64,000 nt of DNA from the human T2T-CHM13v2.0 reference genome, Homo sapiens. Location of the stretch: assembly GCF_009914755.1 (NCBI RefSeq), contig NC_060931.1; one strand, written 5' to 3'. This document shows positions 1-28,539 of this stretch, one piece after another. Made by a program: the position numbers and the translations under genes. The notes beneath the pieces were generated by a model. It was not told the origin of the DNA and ran no database searches. It was given only the letters and a program-made list of their open reading frames with translations. Numbering within the stretch: position 1 is the stretch's first letter; every line of letters starts with the position of its first letter.

Positions 1-288
1 CAAGCTCCTTGCCTCAAGTGATTTTCTACCTTGGCCTCCCAAAGTGCTGGAATTAAAGGCATGGACTGTGTGGTTCTTCTGGCACTTACACGTGGTCTTG
101 TCTGGCCGGTTGTCTGGTCCTGTCTGTTTCTGCCTTTCCTCTTTCTCCAGGGAAAACCTAAGCTTTCCTTTTTGTCCTCATCTTGTGTTTTTCTGGGTCC
201 ATGGGCAGAGTAGAGTTCTAGAATGGTTTCCTAAAGCAGCCAAGCCCTACCCATTGATTTCTAAGTACATTTAGAAAAACACATATAA

Positions 289-880
<592 letters not shown>

Positions 881-1056
881 GAGAAAAACATATAGAAAAC
901 ATTAACACCCCAGGCAGTATACCTTGTCAAACATACCTCAGGCAAATGCATTCAGGAGAAGAAAATACATCTTATTTCCCTCTTCATGTTTCGTTTTTTT
1001 TTTTTTGTTTTCTTTTGTATTACTCAGTGTTGGGTATTTTGTATTTTATTTTGCAG

Positions 1057-1202
1057 GGAGCTGGTAAGTCGCCTACAGGAGCGAAATGTTCAGGTTTTCC
1101 TAATATCTGGTGGCTTTAGGAGTATTATAGAGCATGTTGCTTCAAAGCTCAATATCCCAGCAACCAATGTATTTGCCAGTAGGCTGAAATTCTACCTTAA
1201 TG
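1057..1202 (+). pseudogene. PSPHP1: PSPH-like internal exon, 146 nt (RELVSRLQERNVQVFLISGGFRSIIEHVASKLNIPATNVFASRLKFYLNG)
   Basis: Acceptor ttttgcag ends at 1056 and donor G|GTAAG starts at 1203. Includes HAD motif II (LISGG). Confidence 0.95.
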
Positions 1203-1287
1203 GTAAGATGTTAACGGTAACATGTTCCCTTTCTTAGCAGTTCCATTATTCAGTATTCTGGGTAATGTCTTTTGGAATGCAACTTGA

Positions 1288-1631
<344 letters not shown>

Positions 1632-1809
1632 GAGATGAATGGTTCTCTTAATTGATGTCTTTTGCCCTTTGGTACCCTTTGCTCAGCAAAACAGACTTAG
1701 ATCATCACCTGTCTTAGCTTTATTATCTATAACATCACCTGTCTGTACATAAATGTCTGCATTTCGTGAAACATTAATTCCTACATAGCCCCTATGACTT
1801 ACTTTGCTA

Positions 1810-8095
<6,286 letters not shown>

Positions 8096-8535
8096 GCCAT
8101 CTAGTTTAGAACTCAAACATTTACCTACTGATGTGATTTTTATTTTTGTAGGCATTTGTCTTGGTTATAAGAGGGCAGGGACCACATCTTACTCTCCAGA
8201 AGCCCTGACATTGTCCAGCTGAATGGGTCCCCAGCAGTGGTGCATGTACTGATGCAGGAGAGTGCAGTGAGGGATAGGAGGAAGCCAGGAGGCGAAGACG
8301 GGAGGATGTAAGGAGGAAGGTGCTGTGTACTCAGCAAAGGCACCCTGGGGGAGGCCAGGCTTACCTCTCTTTGCAGGAATAGTTTATGTTTGAAACACCT
8401 GGCTGGGTGCGGTGGCTCACACCTGTAATCCCAGCACTTTGGGAGCCCGAGGTGGGCGAATCACCTGAGGTCAGGAGTTTGAGACCAGCCTGGCCAACAT
8501 GGTGAAACCCCATCTCTACTAAAAATACAAAAATT

Positions 8536-9103
<568 letters not shown>

Positions 9104-9185
9104 TCATTTCTCCTCCGGGTGCTGTGGCTCATACCTATAATCCCAGCACCTTGGGAGGCCGAAGTGGGCAAATCACCAGAGGTCA

Positions 9186-9413
<228 letters not shown>

Positions 9414-9438
9414 TTATCTCTCTTTTCTTACTTCTTAG

Positions 9439-9940
9439 GATGCTTTCATTGGATTTGGAGGAAATGTGATCAGGCAACAAGTCAAGGATAACGCCAAATG
9501 GTATATCACTGATTTTGTAGAGCTGCTGGGAGAACCGGAAGAATAACATCCATTGTCATACAGCTCCAAACAACTTCAGATGAATTTTTACAAGTTACAC
9601 AGATTGATACTGTTTGCTTACAATTGCCTATTACAACTTGCTATAGAAAGTTGGTACAGATGATCTGCACTGTCAAGTAAACTACAGTTAGGAATCCTCA
9701 AAGATTGGTTTGTTTGTTTTTAACTGTAGTTCCAGTATTATATGATCACTATCGATTTCCTGGAGAGTTTTGTAATCTGAATTCTTTATGTATATTCCTA
9801 GCTATATTTCATACAAAGTGTTTTAAGAGTGGAGAGTCAATTAAACACCTTTACTCTTAGGAATATAGATTCGGCAGCCTTCAGTGAATATTGGTTTTTT
9901 TCCCTTTGGTATGTCAATAAAAGTTTATCCATGTGTCAGA
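9439..9940 (+). pseudogene. PSPHP1: PSPH-like terminal exon: [35 protein letters not shown] (9439-9546) plus 3'UTR
   Basis: Acceptor cttcttag ends at 9438, TAA at 9544-9546, AATAAA at 9916-9921. The 3' end is approximate. Confidence 0.93.
9916..9921 (+). terminator. Polyadenylation signal of the PSPH-like terminal exon
   Basis: AATAAA ~370 nt after the stop codon, followed by GT/T-rich sequence. Confidence 0.65.
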
Positions 9941-11254
9941 ACAGATTTGTGGAATTTGCAGTTCTGCCTCTTGGATATTGGAATATCCAATATTTCAGGT
10001 ACTGTGTTGAAGCATAAACATCCCCCAGGCAAGAAACAGGCTTAAGACTTTGCTTAGTGCTGGGCACAATGTCCTCACCCCATGAGCCCACTCCCACTTC
10101 CTAAAGCCCTGGGACCTGGAAAGTCCTTTTTTTACCTCTTGGGATTTGTCATATATGAAATGTTACAGAGATTGGTTTTTTTTTTTCGCCTCCAATATAA
10201 CAATAGAGTCTTAAACAAAAGTACTGATTGAAAAATGGATATTCGGGCTCACGCCTGTAATCTCAGCACTCTGGGAGGACAAGGTAAGAGGATCAACTTG
10301 AGGCCTGGAGTTTGAGACCAGCCTGGGCAACACAGCAAGACCCTGTCTCTACAAAAAATAAAAACATTAGCTGGATGTGGTGGCACCCACCTGTAGTCCC
10401 AGCTACTTGGTGGGCTGAGATGGGAGGATCCCTTGAACTCAGGAGTTCAAGGCTGCAGTGAGCTGTGACTCCACCATTGTAATCCAGCCTGGGTGACAGA
10501 GTGAGACCCTGTCTCTTAAAAAGAAAAAAGGATATTTGAAAATCACATAAAGTAAAAGAAATAAAAACAAGTTTAATCACAAAGGCCAGCATTTTCCCCT
10601 AAATGAATTAAATATTAATAACTCCTAACAGCCTATATAAACACATTTCTTTTTTATAAATGACGTGGAAATACTTGAAAGCCAGGTTTGTGTTTGTTTT
10701 GAGCAGAGCCAAGCAAGGGAAATTTCAGAACACGCTTTGAACGTGTGAGATTCTATACCCTCCCTGGAGGTATGGGGGAGGGGAAAGCCACGGGGTTAGG
10801 AAGTGGATACTGTTGGATAATTCAGTAGAAAAAGCCATAAGGTTTTTAATATTGAGAATTAGTTGAAAAACTTACTTAACCAAATTTGGCTATATAATTA
10901 AATAAATAATTATTCAGCCACATAAGCAAATCAAATTAATCAAATTTCCTTCCAAATCAGTTTCTGAAGGAGAGACATGAAATAGGTTTGGCACCATTTA
11001 AATGAGATTCCAAACAATGAGGCCGTTGTTCCCAACTGTGAATGCCTCCTGGTCGCTCTCCTAGAAACCGTTTTGTGGTGTTTGCACTTTTCAGTAGTGC
11101 CAAGCTCTGGGCAGGACCAGGCATGCCAGGACCTTGAAAAGTGCTGCAAACGGCATCAGCCTCTATGCTGCCCGGTGTGCATGGCAGGAGCAGGCCATTG
11201 GTGGGCGGGTGGGAGGACCGATCCCCCACTGGTTTTCACTGTCTGACCGTCACA

Positions 11255-12239
<985 letters not shown>

Positions 12240-12569
12240 TAGCTAGGATTACAGGCGCACGCCACCACGCCCAGCTATTTCTTTTTTTTTTTTTTTTTTT
12301 GTATTTTTAGTAGAGATGGGGTTTCACCATGTTAGTCAGGCTGGTCTCAAACTCCTGACCTTGTGATCCTCAAGCCTCAGCCTCCCAAAGTGCTGGGATT
12401 ACAGGTGCCCGCTGCCACGCCTGGCTAATTTTTGTATTTTTTGTAGAGACTGGGTTTCACTATGTTGCCCAGGCTGGTCTCGAACTCCTGACCTCAGGTG
12501 ATCCTCCTGCCTCGTCCTCCCAAAGTGCTGAGATTACAGGTGTGAGCCACAGTGCGTGGCCAGCTCACT

Positions 12570-13116
<547 letters not shown>

Positions 13117-13277
13117 TAATTTTTGTATTTTTAGTAGACACAAGGTTTTGCCATATTATCAGGCTGGTCTCGAACTCCCGACCTCAGTTGATCCACCCAC
13201 GTTGGCCTCCTAAAGTGCTGGGATTTCAGGTGTTAGCCACCTGTAAAAAGTTGAATTTTTTTTTTTTTTTTTTTTGA

Positions 13278-14445
<1,168 letters not shown>

Positions 14446-14570
14446 ATACTTATTTTTATAGAGATGGGGTCTCATGTTGTCCAGGCTGGTCTCAAACTCC
14501 TGACCTCAAGTGATCTGCCCACCTCGGTCTCCCAAAGTGTGGGATTACAGGCATAAACCACCACACCTGA

Positions 14571-14879
<309 letters not shown>

Positions 14880-14916
14880 TCATAATAACAATAGTAGTAG
14901 TAATAATAATAATAAT

Positions 14917-15692
<776 letters not shown>

Positions 15693-15830
15693 TAGCTTTT
15701 CAAATCTCTTACTCACCCAAACCTAGTCTCTCTCTGAACACCTGCTCTGCTTTAATCAATGTTTTCCCCATAGACCCAGCGAGAGGTAGGTTGGGTTATC
15801 TTCCTACTCTTCATGGCTGCTGAGAGACCA

Positions 15831-15996
15831 TTTCTTCTTCTTCTTCTTTTCTTCTTTCTTCTTCTTCTTCTTTCCTTCTTTCTGCCTCCTCCTCCTTCTT
15901 CTCCTTCTTTTTCTACCTCTTCCTCTTCCTCCTCCTCCTTCTTCTTCCTCCTCCTTCTTCTTCTTCCTCTTCCTCCTCCTCCTCCTCTTCCTCCTC
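15831..15996 (+). repeat. Pure polypyrimidine (CTT/CCT)n low-complexity tract
   Basis: ~165 nt almost only C/T, directly before a minus-strand Alu body. Confidence 0.95.
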
Positions 15997-16335
15997 AACA
16001 GGGTCTCACCTCCTCAGGCTCAAGTGATTCTCCCACCTCAACCTCCTGAGTAGCTGAGACCACAGGCACATGTCACTGTACCCGATTGGTTTCTTTTTAT
16101 TTTTTGTAGAGATGGGGTCTCACTATGTCACTCAGGCCAGCCTCAACCTCCTGGGCTCAAGTGATCCTCCTGCCTTGGCCTCCCAGAGTGTTGGGATTAC
16201 AGGTATGAAGAACTGTGCCCAGCCTCATTTTTCATCTTCTTTAGCTAACCTAACTGTCTCTGTGTTCTCCAGCATTCTATTCCCTTGAATACTCAATCTC
16301 CTGTGTGGCTGCTGCAAGTCCTGGGATCTTTTTAG

Positions 16336-16590
<255 letters not shown>

Positions 16591-18807
16591 TAGCCAGGAT
16601 GGTCTCAATCTCCTGACCTCTCCCACCTGCCTCGGCCCCCCAAAGTGCTGGGATTACAAGCAGAAGCCACCGCGCCCGGCCGGGCCATTCATAAAGTGGT
16701 GCGTTAATTTGCCCACAGTCCGCAGTCCACATTGCAGCCAACAGCAAAGCCAAACGCCAGCTGTGCCTGGATCTCCCTACATACCACATTCACCCTTATC
16801 TCGCATACATTTCCTTCACTATGCTAGGACAAGAACACTTTTGACCTAATCAATGCACATGTTCTCAGTTCAAAGTAAAACACATAATAAATAACCCCCT
16901 CCATGATGCTCACCTCCTGGTGAGTCTCTGTGTTAAAAGCAATTGTCTTCAAATCTAACTCCTGTGAATGTTTATACTTCTGTTTATTCTAAAACTCCCT
17001 AATTAGAGACTTCCCAGTATCTTGCAATTCCTCAACAAGTCATAGGGAGCCCAGGAATAAATTATTAAAAAATAATTAGCAATAGGCTTTACCTTGTTTT
17101 ATCATTTAGTTGGTGATCTTTTCCAATTTAATTAGTCTTGCTGATATAGAAAACATTTTTAGAAGAGGCCTGTTGGGTTAAGAACAAGGCTCTTTCTAGC
17201 TGTTCTACAGAAGAAGGAGGAGGAGGAGGAGGAAGGAGAAGGAGAAGAAAGAAAAAGAAAAAGAAACAAGGCCCATTTTAGGAAACTTTTAGCCATGAGT
17301 AGAACACAGCCGAGGAAAACTCTGTTTTACATAAGAAATATATTTTGGCTAGGCACGGTGGCTCCTGCCTGTAATCCTAGCACTTTGGGAGGACAAGGCA
17401 GGCAGATCACCTGAGGTCAGGAGTTTGAGATCAGCCTGGCCAACATGGTGAAACCCTGTCTCTACTAAAAATACAAAAATTAGCGGGCGTGGTGGTGGGT
17501 GCCTGTAATCGCAGCTACTTGGGAGGCTGAGGCAGGAGAATTGCTTGAACCCGGGAGGTGGAGGTTGTGCCACTGCACTCCAGCCTGGGTGACAGAGCGA
17601 GACTCCATCTCAAAAAAGAAAAAAGAAACAGATTTCACGAAAGCACATTTAATGCAGGCAAATTTTGAGCATCAGAGAAATTGGTCTGGATTAAGTCCAG
17701 AGATACAGCATTGCTTTGGTTACAAGAATGGTTTGGAATCCCAGCTCTACTGCTTTAATAACTGCCTGTGCCTAGCAAGGTACTTAACCCCTCAGTATCT
17801 TCTCCAAAAAATGGGGATGGCAGTAGTACAGTGGTCCATGCCTCAGAGTGTTTGACGAGAATCAATTACATGGTGGCGGGCACATAATTAGTGCTCAATA
17901 AATGCTGTAGCTATTATCTTCATTCTTGTCTCTATGGGTGAAAGAAAAATGGCCGGGCGCAGTGGCTCATGCCTGTAATCCCAGCACTTTGGGAGGCTGA
18001 GGTGGGTGGATCATGAGGTCAGGAGATCAAGACCATCCTGGCTAACATGGTGAAACCCTGTCTCTACTAAAAATACAAAAAAAATTAGTTGGGCGTGGTG
18101 GCGGACGCCTGCAGTCCCAGCTACTTGGGAGGCTGAGGCAGGAGGCAGGAGAATGGCGTGAACCCGGGAGGTGGAGCTTGCACTGAGCTGAGATCGCGCC
18201 ACTGCACTACAGCCTGGGCGACAGAGCAAGACTCCGTCTCAAAAAAAAAAAAAAAAAGAAAAGAAAAAAGAAAAAAAGAAAAATGCAATACTGGATCAGA
18301 TTAAATTCTTCCAGAAGCTGGCCGGGTGTGGTGGCTCACACTTCTAATCCCAGAACTTTGGGAGGCCAAGGGGGGCGGATCACCTGAGTTCAGGAGTTCA
18401 ATACCAGCCTGGCCAGCGTGGTGAAACCCTGTCTCTACTATAAATACAAAAATTAACTGGGCATGTTGGCGGGTACCTGTAATCTCAGCTACTCAGGAGG
18501 CTGAGGCCAGTGAATTGCTTGAACCAGGGAGGCGCATGTTGCAGTAAGCTGAGATCACGCCACTGCATTCCAGCCTGGGCGACAGAGAGAGACCCTATCT
18601 CAAGAAAAGCAAAACATATAAAAAATTTTTTAAATACAGATTTTTGGGCTTTGTTTCATAGGTGATTCCCACCAGCAGAGAGACCTAAGAATGTGTATTT
18701 TTATCAAGCCCTCTAGTGACCTTTATGATCAGGCAAACTCAGGTAATAACATTGATTGTAGGGTTGGTGAGTGCTTATTTTCCAGGTTAAAATGATACTG
18801 GACATAG

Positions 18808-18950
18808 AGCAGCAGTTCTCAAATTTTAATGTGCTTAAGAATCACCAGGAAAGTTGTTAAAAATTAGATATCCAGAGATTTAGACATCCAGAGATTTAGA
18901 TTCAGAGCTCTGGGAGACACTCAAAAATTTGCATTTTTAACCAGTTTCTT
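18808..18950. mobile_element. MER5A-like hAT DNA transposon remnant
   Basis: CAGCAGTTCTCAAATTTT...AGAATCACC...TGCATTTTTAAC. Confidence 0.6.
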
Positions 18951-18979
18951 CTCTCTAGGGTAAGTCATTCAGAGGCACT

Positions 18980-20720
<1,741 letters not shown>

Positions 20721-20723
20721 CGT

Positions 20724-21077
20724 TGTATTCGTCCATTCTCACACTGCTAATAAAGACATACCTGAGACTACGTAATCTATAAAGGAAAGAGGTTTAATGG
20801 ACACTGTTCAGCATGGCTGGGGAGGCCTCACAGTCGTGACGGAAGGCAAAGGAAGGCTGAAGGCACATCTTACATGGCAGCAGGCAAGAAAGCGTGTACA
20901 GAGGAACTGACCTTTTATAAAACCATCAGATGTCATGAGACTTATTCACTACAGCATGGGAAACACCTGCTCCCATGATTCAATTACCTCCTACTGGGTC
21001 CCTGCCACAACACCTGGGGATTATGGGAGCTAAAATTCAAAATGAGATTTGGGTGGGGACACAGCCAAACCATATCA
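20724..21077 (-). mobile_element. THE1 solo LTR
   Basis: TG...CA termini; ends GAGATTTGGGTGGGGACACAGCCAAACCATATCA. Confidence 0.9.
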
Positions 21078-21352
21078 CTGATTTTTCCCCAGGTTCCCCC
21101 ATATAAGTCAGTGGATGCAGATGGATACTTGTGACAAAGGGCACCATTGAAGTCCAGACACTAAATATGCTGAAGTCCCAGCTCCTGCCCTGCCAGGATA
21201 CCCTGTCCCACCTGCCAGGACCTCCCCTCAACCACCTCCCTGTTCAGGTCAGGAGATGCCCATATATTCAAGAGAGAGTTTTCATAATTTTCTTTTCTTT
21301 TCTTTTCTTTTTTTAGACAGAGTCTTGCTCTGTTGCCCAGCCTGGAGTGTAG

Positions 21353-21475
<123 letters not shown>

Positions 21476-22106
21476 TAGTAAAGGCAGGGTTTTGCCATGT
21501 TCTCCAGGCTGGTCTCGAACTCCTGACCTCGAGTGATCTGCCCCCCTTGGCCTCCCAAAGTGCTGGGATTACAGGCGTGAGCAGCCCAGCCAGTTTTCAT
21601 AATTTTCTTTACTTCCACTGTGGTGGGAGAACTGGCTTCAGAGAAAGCCATCCTTTACAGATGAGGTGGCCCCACCAGGAACAGGTTTCAATCAGGTGTT
21701 TTGGAGGCAGTGATGCCTGTGAACCCTGGTGAGAAGGAGCGTGGCATGAACATCAGGAACCAGACTTCACCCTGGAGAAGGAGAGGCCACAGGTGGGGCT
21801 GAAGGAGCAGTTCTCACAAGCAATCCTGTGGGCACTGGGGCCACACCACGCACCTTTGTGCACAAGTGTCAATGTGGCTCAGAGTGGGGTGGAGGACTCA
21901 GGGTATTAAAAGCATCAAGGAATCCAGGGGAGAGCCACCGCACCCAACTTTACTTTCACCCGCAGGCTGATGCAGCCTGAGGAAATGTTACTCCACAACG
22001 ACCTCAATTCTACACACAGAACCTGTTCGCCAGGCCCTTGCCACAGGCTGTCATCTCAAAATGGGGGCCGTCAAGGCTTGTTAGAATACCTGGTACTGAG
22101 AGGAAA

Positions 22107-22161
<55 letters not shown>

Positions 22162-22757
22162 AGATGGAGTCTTGCTCTGTAGCCCAGGCTGGAGTGCAGT
22201 GGTGTGATCTCGGCTCACTGCAAGCTCTGCCTCCCGGGTTCACGCCATTCATTCTCCTGTCTCAGCCTCCCGAGTAGCTACAGGTGCCCGCCACTATGCT
22301 CGGCTAATTTTTTTATATTTTTAGTAGAGACGGGGTTTCACCGTGTTAGCCAGGATGGTCTTGCTCTCCTGACCTCGTGATCTGCCCGTCTCGGCCTCCC
22401 AAAGTGCTGGGATTACAGGTATGCGCCACCAGGCCTGGCTAATTTTTGTATTTTTAGTAGAGACAGGATTTCACCATGTTGGCTAGGCTGATCTCGAACT
22501 CCTGGTCTCAGGTAATCCTCCCGCCTCGGCCTCCCAAAGTGCTAAGATTACAGGCGTGAGCCACTGCGCCCAGCCTAATTTGAACATTTTAAAATCTTGT
22601 TTTAATGTTGAAATAAAATCTCAAGTTGGTTTTTAAAAAGCTCTGTCTGAGTTGTGATGACTCACATCTGTAATTTCAGTACTTTGGGAGGCTGATGTGG
22701 GAGGAACCCCCAGGAGTTCAAGACCAGCCTGGGCAACATAGGGATACCCAGTATCTC

Positions 22758-23011
<254 letters not shown>

Positions 23012-23506
23012 TTAAGTCAGGGACCACCAAGAGCTGGCGGGGAGTCTGACTGCGGGGACCCTGCCCTTTTCCAGAAGGTGAAGGTGCAGAGAAGCTCGAA
23101 AGGATCACGACTTCTCACCCTGGCCCTGAACCCACTCACATCAGCAGCTCTCAGCATAGCCAACTGGACAGCTCGCACCAATAAATTAAACCTTATTTCT
23201 TGCCGGCACAGTGGCTCATGCCTGCAATCCCAGCACTTTGGGAGGACCAAGTGAGAAGATCACTTGAGTCCAGAAGTTCAAGACCAGCCTAGGCAACATA
23301 GTGAGACCCTGCCTCTAAAGAAAATTACGTGGGAGCTGTGGCATGTGCCTGTGATCCCAGTTACTCGGGAGGCTGAGGCAGGAGGATCTCTTGAGCTCAG
23401 GCGGTTGAGGCTGCAGTGAACTACCGCACAGCGGCACTCCAGCCTGGAGAACAAAGCAAGACCTTGTCTTATAACAAAATAAAAAAGAAGCAAGCCAGCA
23501 GGTCTA

Positions 23507-23770
<264 letters not shown>

Positions 23771-23870
23771 CTACGTCTGCATAGTAACATGGTTAGAAAA
23801 GATATCCTAGTTATGTTGCAATGAAAAATGTCTACCTGTAACACTCACTATTTCTTGCAGGTACCTATAA

Positions 23871-24041
<171 letters not shown>

Positions 24042-24596
24042 TAGGACTACAGATTTGCACCACCACACCCGGCTATTTGTTTGTTTGTTTGGTAGATATG
24101 GGGGTCTCACTATGTTAGCCAGTCTGGTCTCAAACTCTTGGACTAGAGTGATCCTCCCACCCTGGCCTCCCAAACAGATGATGGGATTACAGGCCTGAGC
24201 CACCATGCCTGGCCATCTACTCTAAATGTTAGTTAACTGCTTTGATGGGCTGGGCGCGGTGGTTCATGCCTGTAATCCCAGCACTTTGGGAGGCTTGAGT
24301 CGAGCGGATCACGAGGTCAGGAGTTTGAGACCAGCCTGGTTAACATAGTGACACCCCATCTCCACTAAAAATACAAAAAACTAGCTGGGTATGGTGGTGG
24401 GTGCCTGTAATTCCAGCTACTTGGGAGGCTGAGGCAGGAGAATTGCTCGAACCCGGAGGTTGCAGTAAGCCGGGATCGCACCACTGCACTCCAACTCGGG
24501 CAACAGTGAGAGACTCCGTCTCAAAAAAAAAAAAACACCCCAAAAACTGCTTTGATGAAAGCTAAAGAGTAAACTGTAAATAAAAATTAGGCCTAA

Positions 24597-24866
<270 letters not shown>

Positions 24867-24967
24867 TAAAGTGCTGGGATTATAGGTGTGAGCCACCATG
24901 CCCAGCCAAGATTAGGTCTAATTTTTAAAGTCACCTGGAGCATAGAAAATGTTTCTGCAATTATTAA

Positions 24968-25135
<168 letters not shown>

Positions 25136-25154
25136 TAATTTTTAGTTCTTGTAG

Positions 25155-25280
<126 letters not shown>

Positions 25281-25588
25281 TGACGTCTAAAACACCAAAG
25301 ATATTTTTAAGGAGCTGAACAAACCAGTAATTTTTAAAGAAAAAAGTAGTGGGAGCATCTAGTACAACCAAAACCAGGCATCAAAGTCAGCAGTTAAACA
25401 TTCCAGGCTGGGCACAGTGGCTCATGCCTGTAATCTCAACACTTTGGGAGGCCCAGGTGGGAGGATTGCTTGAGCCCTGGAAAGCGGAGGTTGCAGTAAG
25501 CCATGATCATGCCACTGTATTCCAGCCTGGAAGACACAGTGAAGCCCTGTCTCAAAAATAAAAGAACCAATAAATAAATCCAGAACCA

Positions 25589-25695
25589 GTGCTCACTTCG
25601 GCAGCACATATACTAAAATTGGCATGACATGGAGAAGATGAGCATGGTACCTGGGAAAGTATGACACACAAATTCATTAAGCATTTCATATTTTT
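25589..25695 (+). pseudogene. Full-length U6 snRNA retropseudogene
   Basis: GTGCTCACTTCGGCAGCACATATACTAAAATTGG...CATATTTTT (107 nt) with a short A tail. ACAGAGA box degraded to ATGGAGA. Degenerate TSD ending GAACCA. No PSE/TATA promoter (Alu directly upstream). Confidence 0.93.
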
Positions 25696-26149
25696 AAAAA
25701 ACATTTCGGAACCAAGAAAATAAATGAATCAAAAGAAAGGGAAGACCCTGGTGATTCCTTTGATATTAGAAAAAATCAGCCAGGCGTGGTGGCTCATGCC
25801 TGTAATCCCAGCAATTTGGGAGGCCGAAGCGGGCGGATCACTTTAGGTCAGGAGTTCAAGACCAGCCTGGCCAACATGGTGAAACTCCGTATCTACTAAA
25901 AGTACAAAAATTAGGCTGGGTGTGGTGGCTCACACCTGTAATCCCAGCACTTTGGGAGGCCGAGGGGGGTGGATCACCTGAGGTGAGGAGTCCAAGACCA
26001 GCCTGGCCAACATGGCACCACTGCACTCCAGCCTGGGCAACAGAGTGAGACTCTGCCTTGAAAATAATAATAATAATAAAAATAATCAATTGCAGATAGA
26101 CCATAGACCTAAATGTGAAGAGGTAAAAACAATAAATCTTTTAGAATTG

Positions 26150-26410
26150 CTCTGTTCATGTATGGCTATTGAGCACTTGAGATGTGCTATTAAGTGTAAA
26201 ATTTGCACTGGATTTTAAGCACTTAGTAGGAAAAAAAACTAAAAATATCTCAATTTTAACATTACAATTTTGAAATAATAATTTGGATATACTGAGTTAA
26301 ACACTACTAAAATTAGTTTTATCTGATTATTTTTGTTCTTTTAATGTGGATACTAGATCATTTTAAATTGCATATGTGGCTTACTTCCTATTTCTATTGG
26401 ACAGCACTAA
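26150..26410. mobile_element. MER3/MER33-like DNA transposon
   Basis: TGGCTATTGAGCACTTGAGATGTG...CATATGTGGCT...TATTTCTATTGGACAGCACT. Confidence 0.65.
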
Positions 26411-26481
26411 TGTAGAAGGTAATAAAAGATATATACTTTCAGGACGTCAAATTAGGAAAAGGTGTGTTAAATTGTATTTCA

Positions 26482-26784
<303 letters not shown>

Positions 26785-26789
26785 TCATA

Positions 26790-27540
26790 AAGGAAAAGAC
26801 TAATAGATTAATATTTGACCACACTGAAATTTTGCTGTCAAAAAGACGTAATTGAAAGACTAAAAAGCCACAGACAGGAAAATACATTTGTAGCGCCTAC
26901 AAGTCTCAAAGCACTTATGCCAATAATATATAAACTCCAGCCAACTGATAAAGAAAAGACAACCCAATAGAAACATAGGAAAACATCCGGAAAAGATGCT
27001 TCACAAAAGAGAATCGTTAAATGACCAGTAAACATAAAAAAGTGTTCAGCCTCATTAATAAATCAGAAAATGCACATTAAAACCATAATGAGATACCACT
27101 ACAAACCCACCAGAATTACTATAATTAAAAGAGTCGACAAGACTGTGGAGCAACAAAGATATATATTTATTCTTGTTTTTAGATGTCTCTCTCTCTATAT
27201 AAATGTGCACCCAGAGACATCTAAAAACAATGGTCATGACAGTATTATTTGTAATAGCCCAGGTTGAAACAACCCAGTGTCCATTAGCAGTTGAAGGACT
27301 AAATAAATGGTGGTATATCACAGAAGGGCACAGTACATAGTAATGAAAAAAAAGAAACCACAGCTATATATAATAGCATAAATGAATTTCACAAGCATAA
27401 TGTTGAGCAAAAGAAGCCAAACACAAAAGCATGCAAACTGCATAATTCCATTTATATAAGGTAAAAACAAAAACAAACCCAGCTAAGGTGATCTACAGTT
27501 TTAGAAGTCAGGATGGGGGTTCCCTTGAGGAGGAAAGAGA
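26790..27540 (+). mobile_element. Old L1 (L1M) 3' fragment
   Basis: AAATGCACATTAAAACCATAATGAGATACCACTAC and AATGTTGAGCAAAAGAAGCCA. Confidence 0.75.
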
Positions 27541-28067
27541 AGACAATGTTGGCCGGGCACAGTGGCTCACACCTGTAATCCCAGCACTTTGGGAGGCCGA
27601 GGCGGATGGATTACGAGGTCAGGAGATCGAGACCAGCCTGGCTAACACAGTGAAACCCTGTCTCTACTAAAAATGCAAAAAATTAGCTGGAAGTGGTGGC
27701 GGGCACCTGTAGTCCCAGCTACTCAGGAGGCTGAGGCAGGAGAATGGCATGAACCCAGGAGGCGCAGCTTGCAGTGAGCCGAGATCGCCACTGCTCTCCA
27801 GCCTGGGTGACAGAGCAATAATCCATCTCAAAAAAAAAGAGAAGACAATGTTTGGGAAGGGGTATGGGGGGATTCTGGGGTGCTGTTAATGTTCTATTTC
27901 ATGACTTGTGTGTTAAAAATGTGTATTTTGGGCTGGGCGCAGTGGCTCACACCTGTAACCCCAGCACTTTGGGAGGCCAAGGCAGGTAGATCACCTGAGG
28001 TTAGGAGTTCAAAACCAGCCTGGCCAACATGGTGAAACCCTGTCTCTACTAAAAATACAAAAAATTA

Positions 28068-28211
<144 letters not shown>

Positions 28212-28539
28212 TCAAAAAAAGTGTATTTTGTGATGAATTTGTATGATCTATATATTTTTGAGGAAAGCGCCTTCCTGTGATGCACAATAAAAAGGTTTTG
28301 TTTTTATTTTGTATTATTTCAAAATATTTTTAAAATTTAATATCTAAATATACTATTTTAGATATTCAAAATTTCTGATGATGGCTTCACTTTTGCATCA
28401 TAACATCTTTGCAATTAAATCAATTAATGTGATTAAATCAATCCATTTTTGTAGTTGGGTTGGTTCTGTGATTGCGTCATTGTGTGCCCCGACAGTCTTT
28501 AAGAGTGCCAATAAGTATATATATGTGTAATTTTTAAAA

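Noticed and set aside
986-1237. 83-aa ORF as an intact PSPH gene
   Set aside because: Only 1057-1202 is exonic. Substitutions and the missing downstream exon indicate the pseudogene, not PSPH.
15804-16049. Poly-Arg/Lys/Glu and poly-Leu/Ser/Pro ORFs (protamine-like appearance)
   Set aside because: Translation of the CTT/CCT simple repeat.
18870-18901. 16-bp duplication ATCCAGAGATTTAGA (and a similar one at ~28754-28790)
   Set aside because: Ordinary slippage microduplications inside old repeats.
25589-25695. Functional U6 gene
   Set aside because: ACAGAGA box mutated, many substitutions, A tail/TSD present, no upstream type-3 Pol III promoter.
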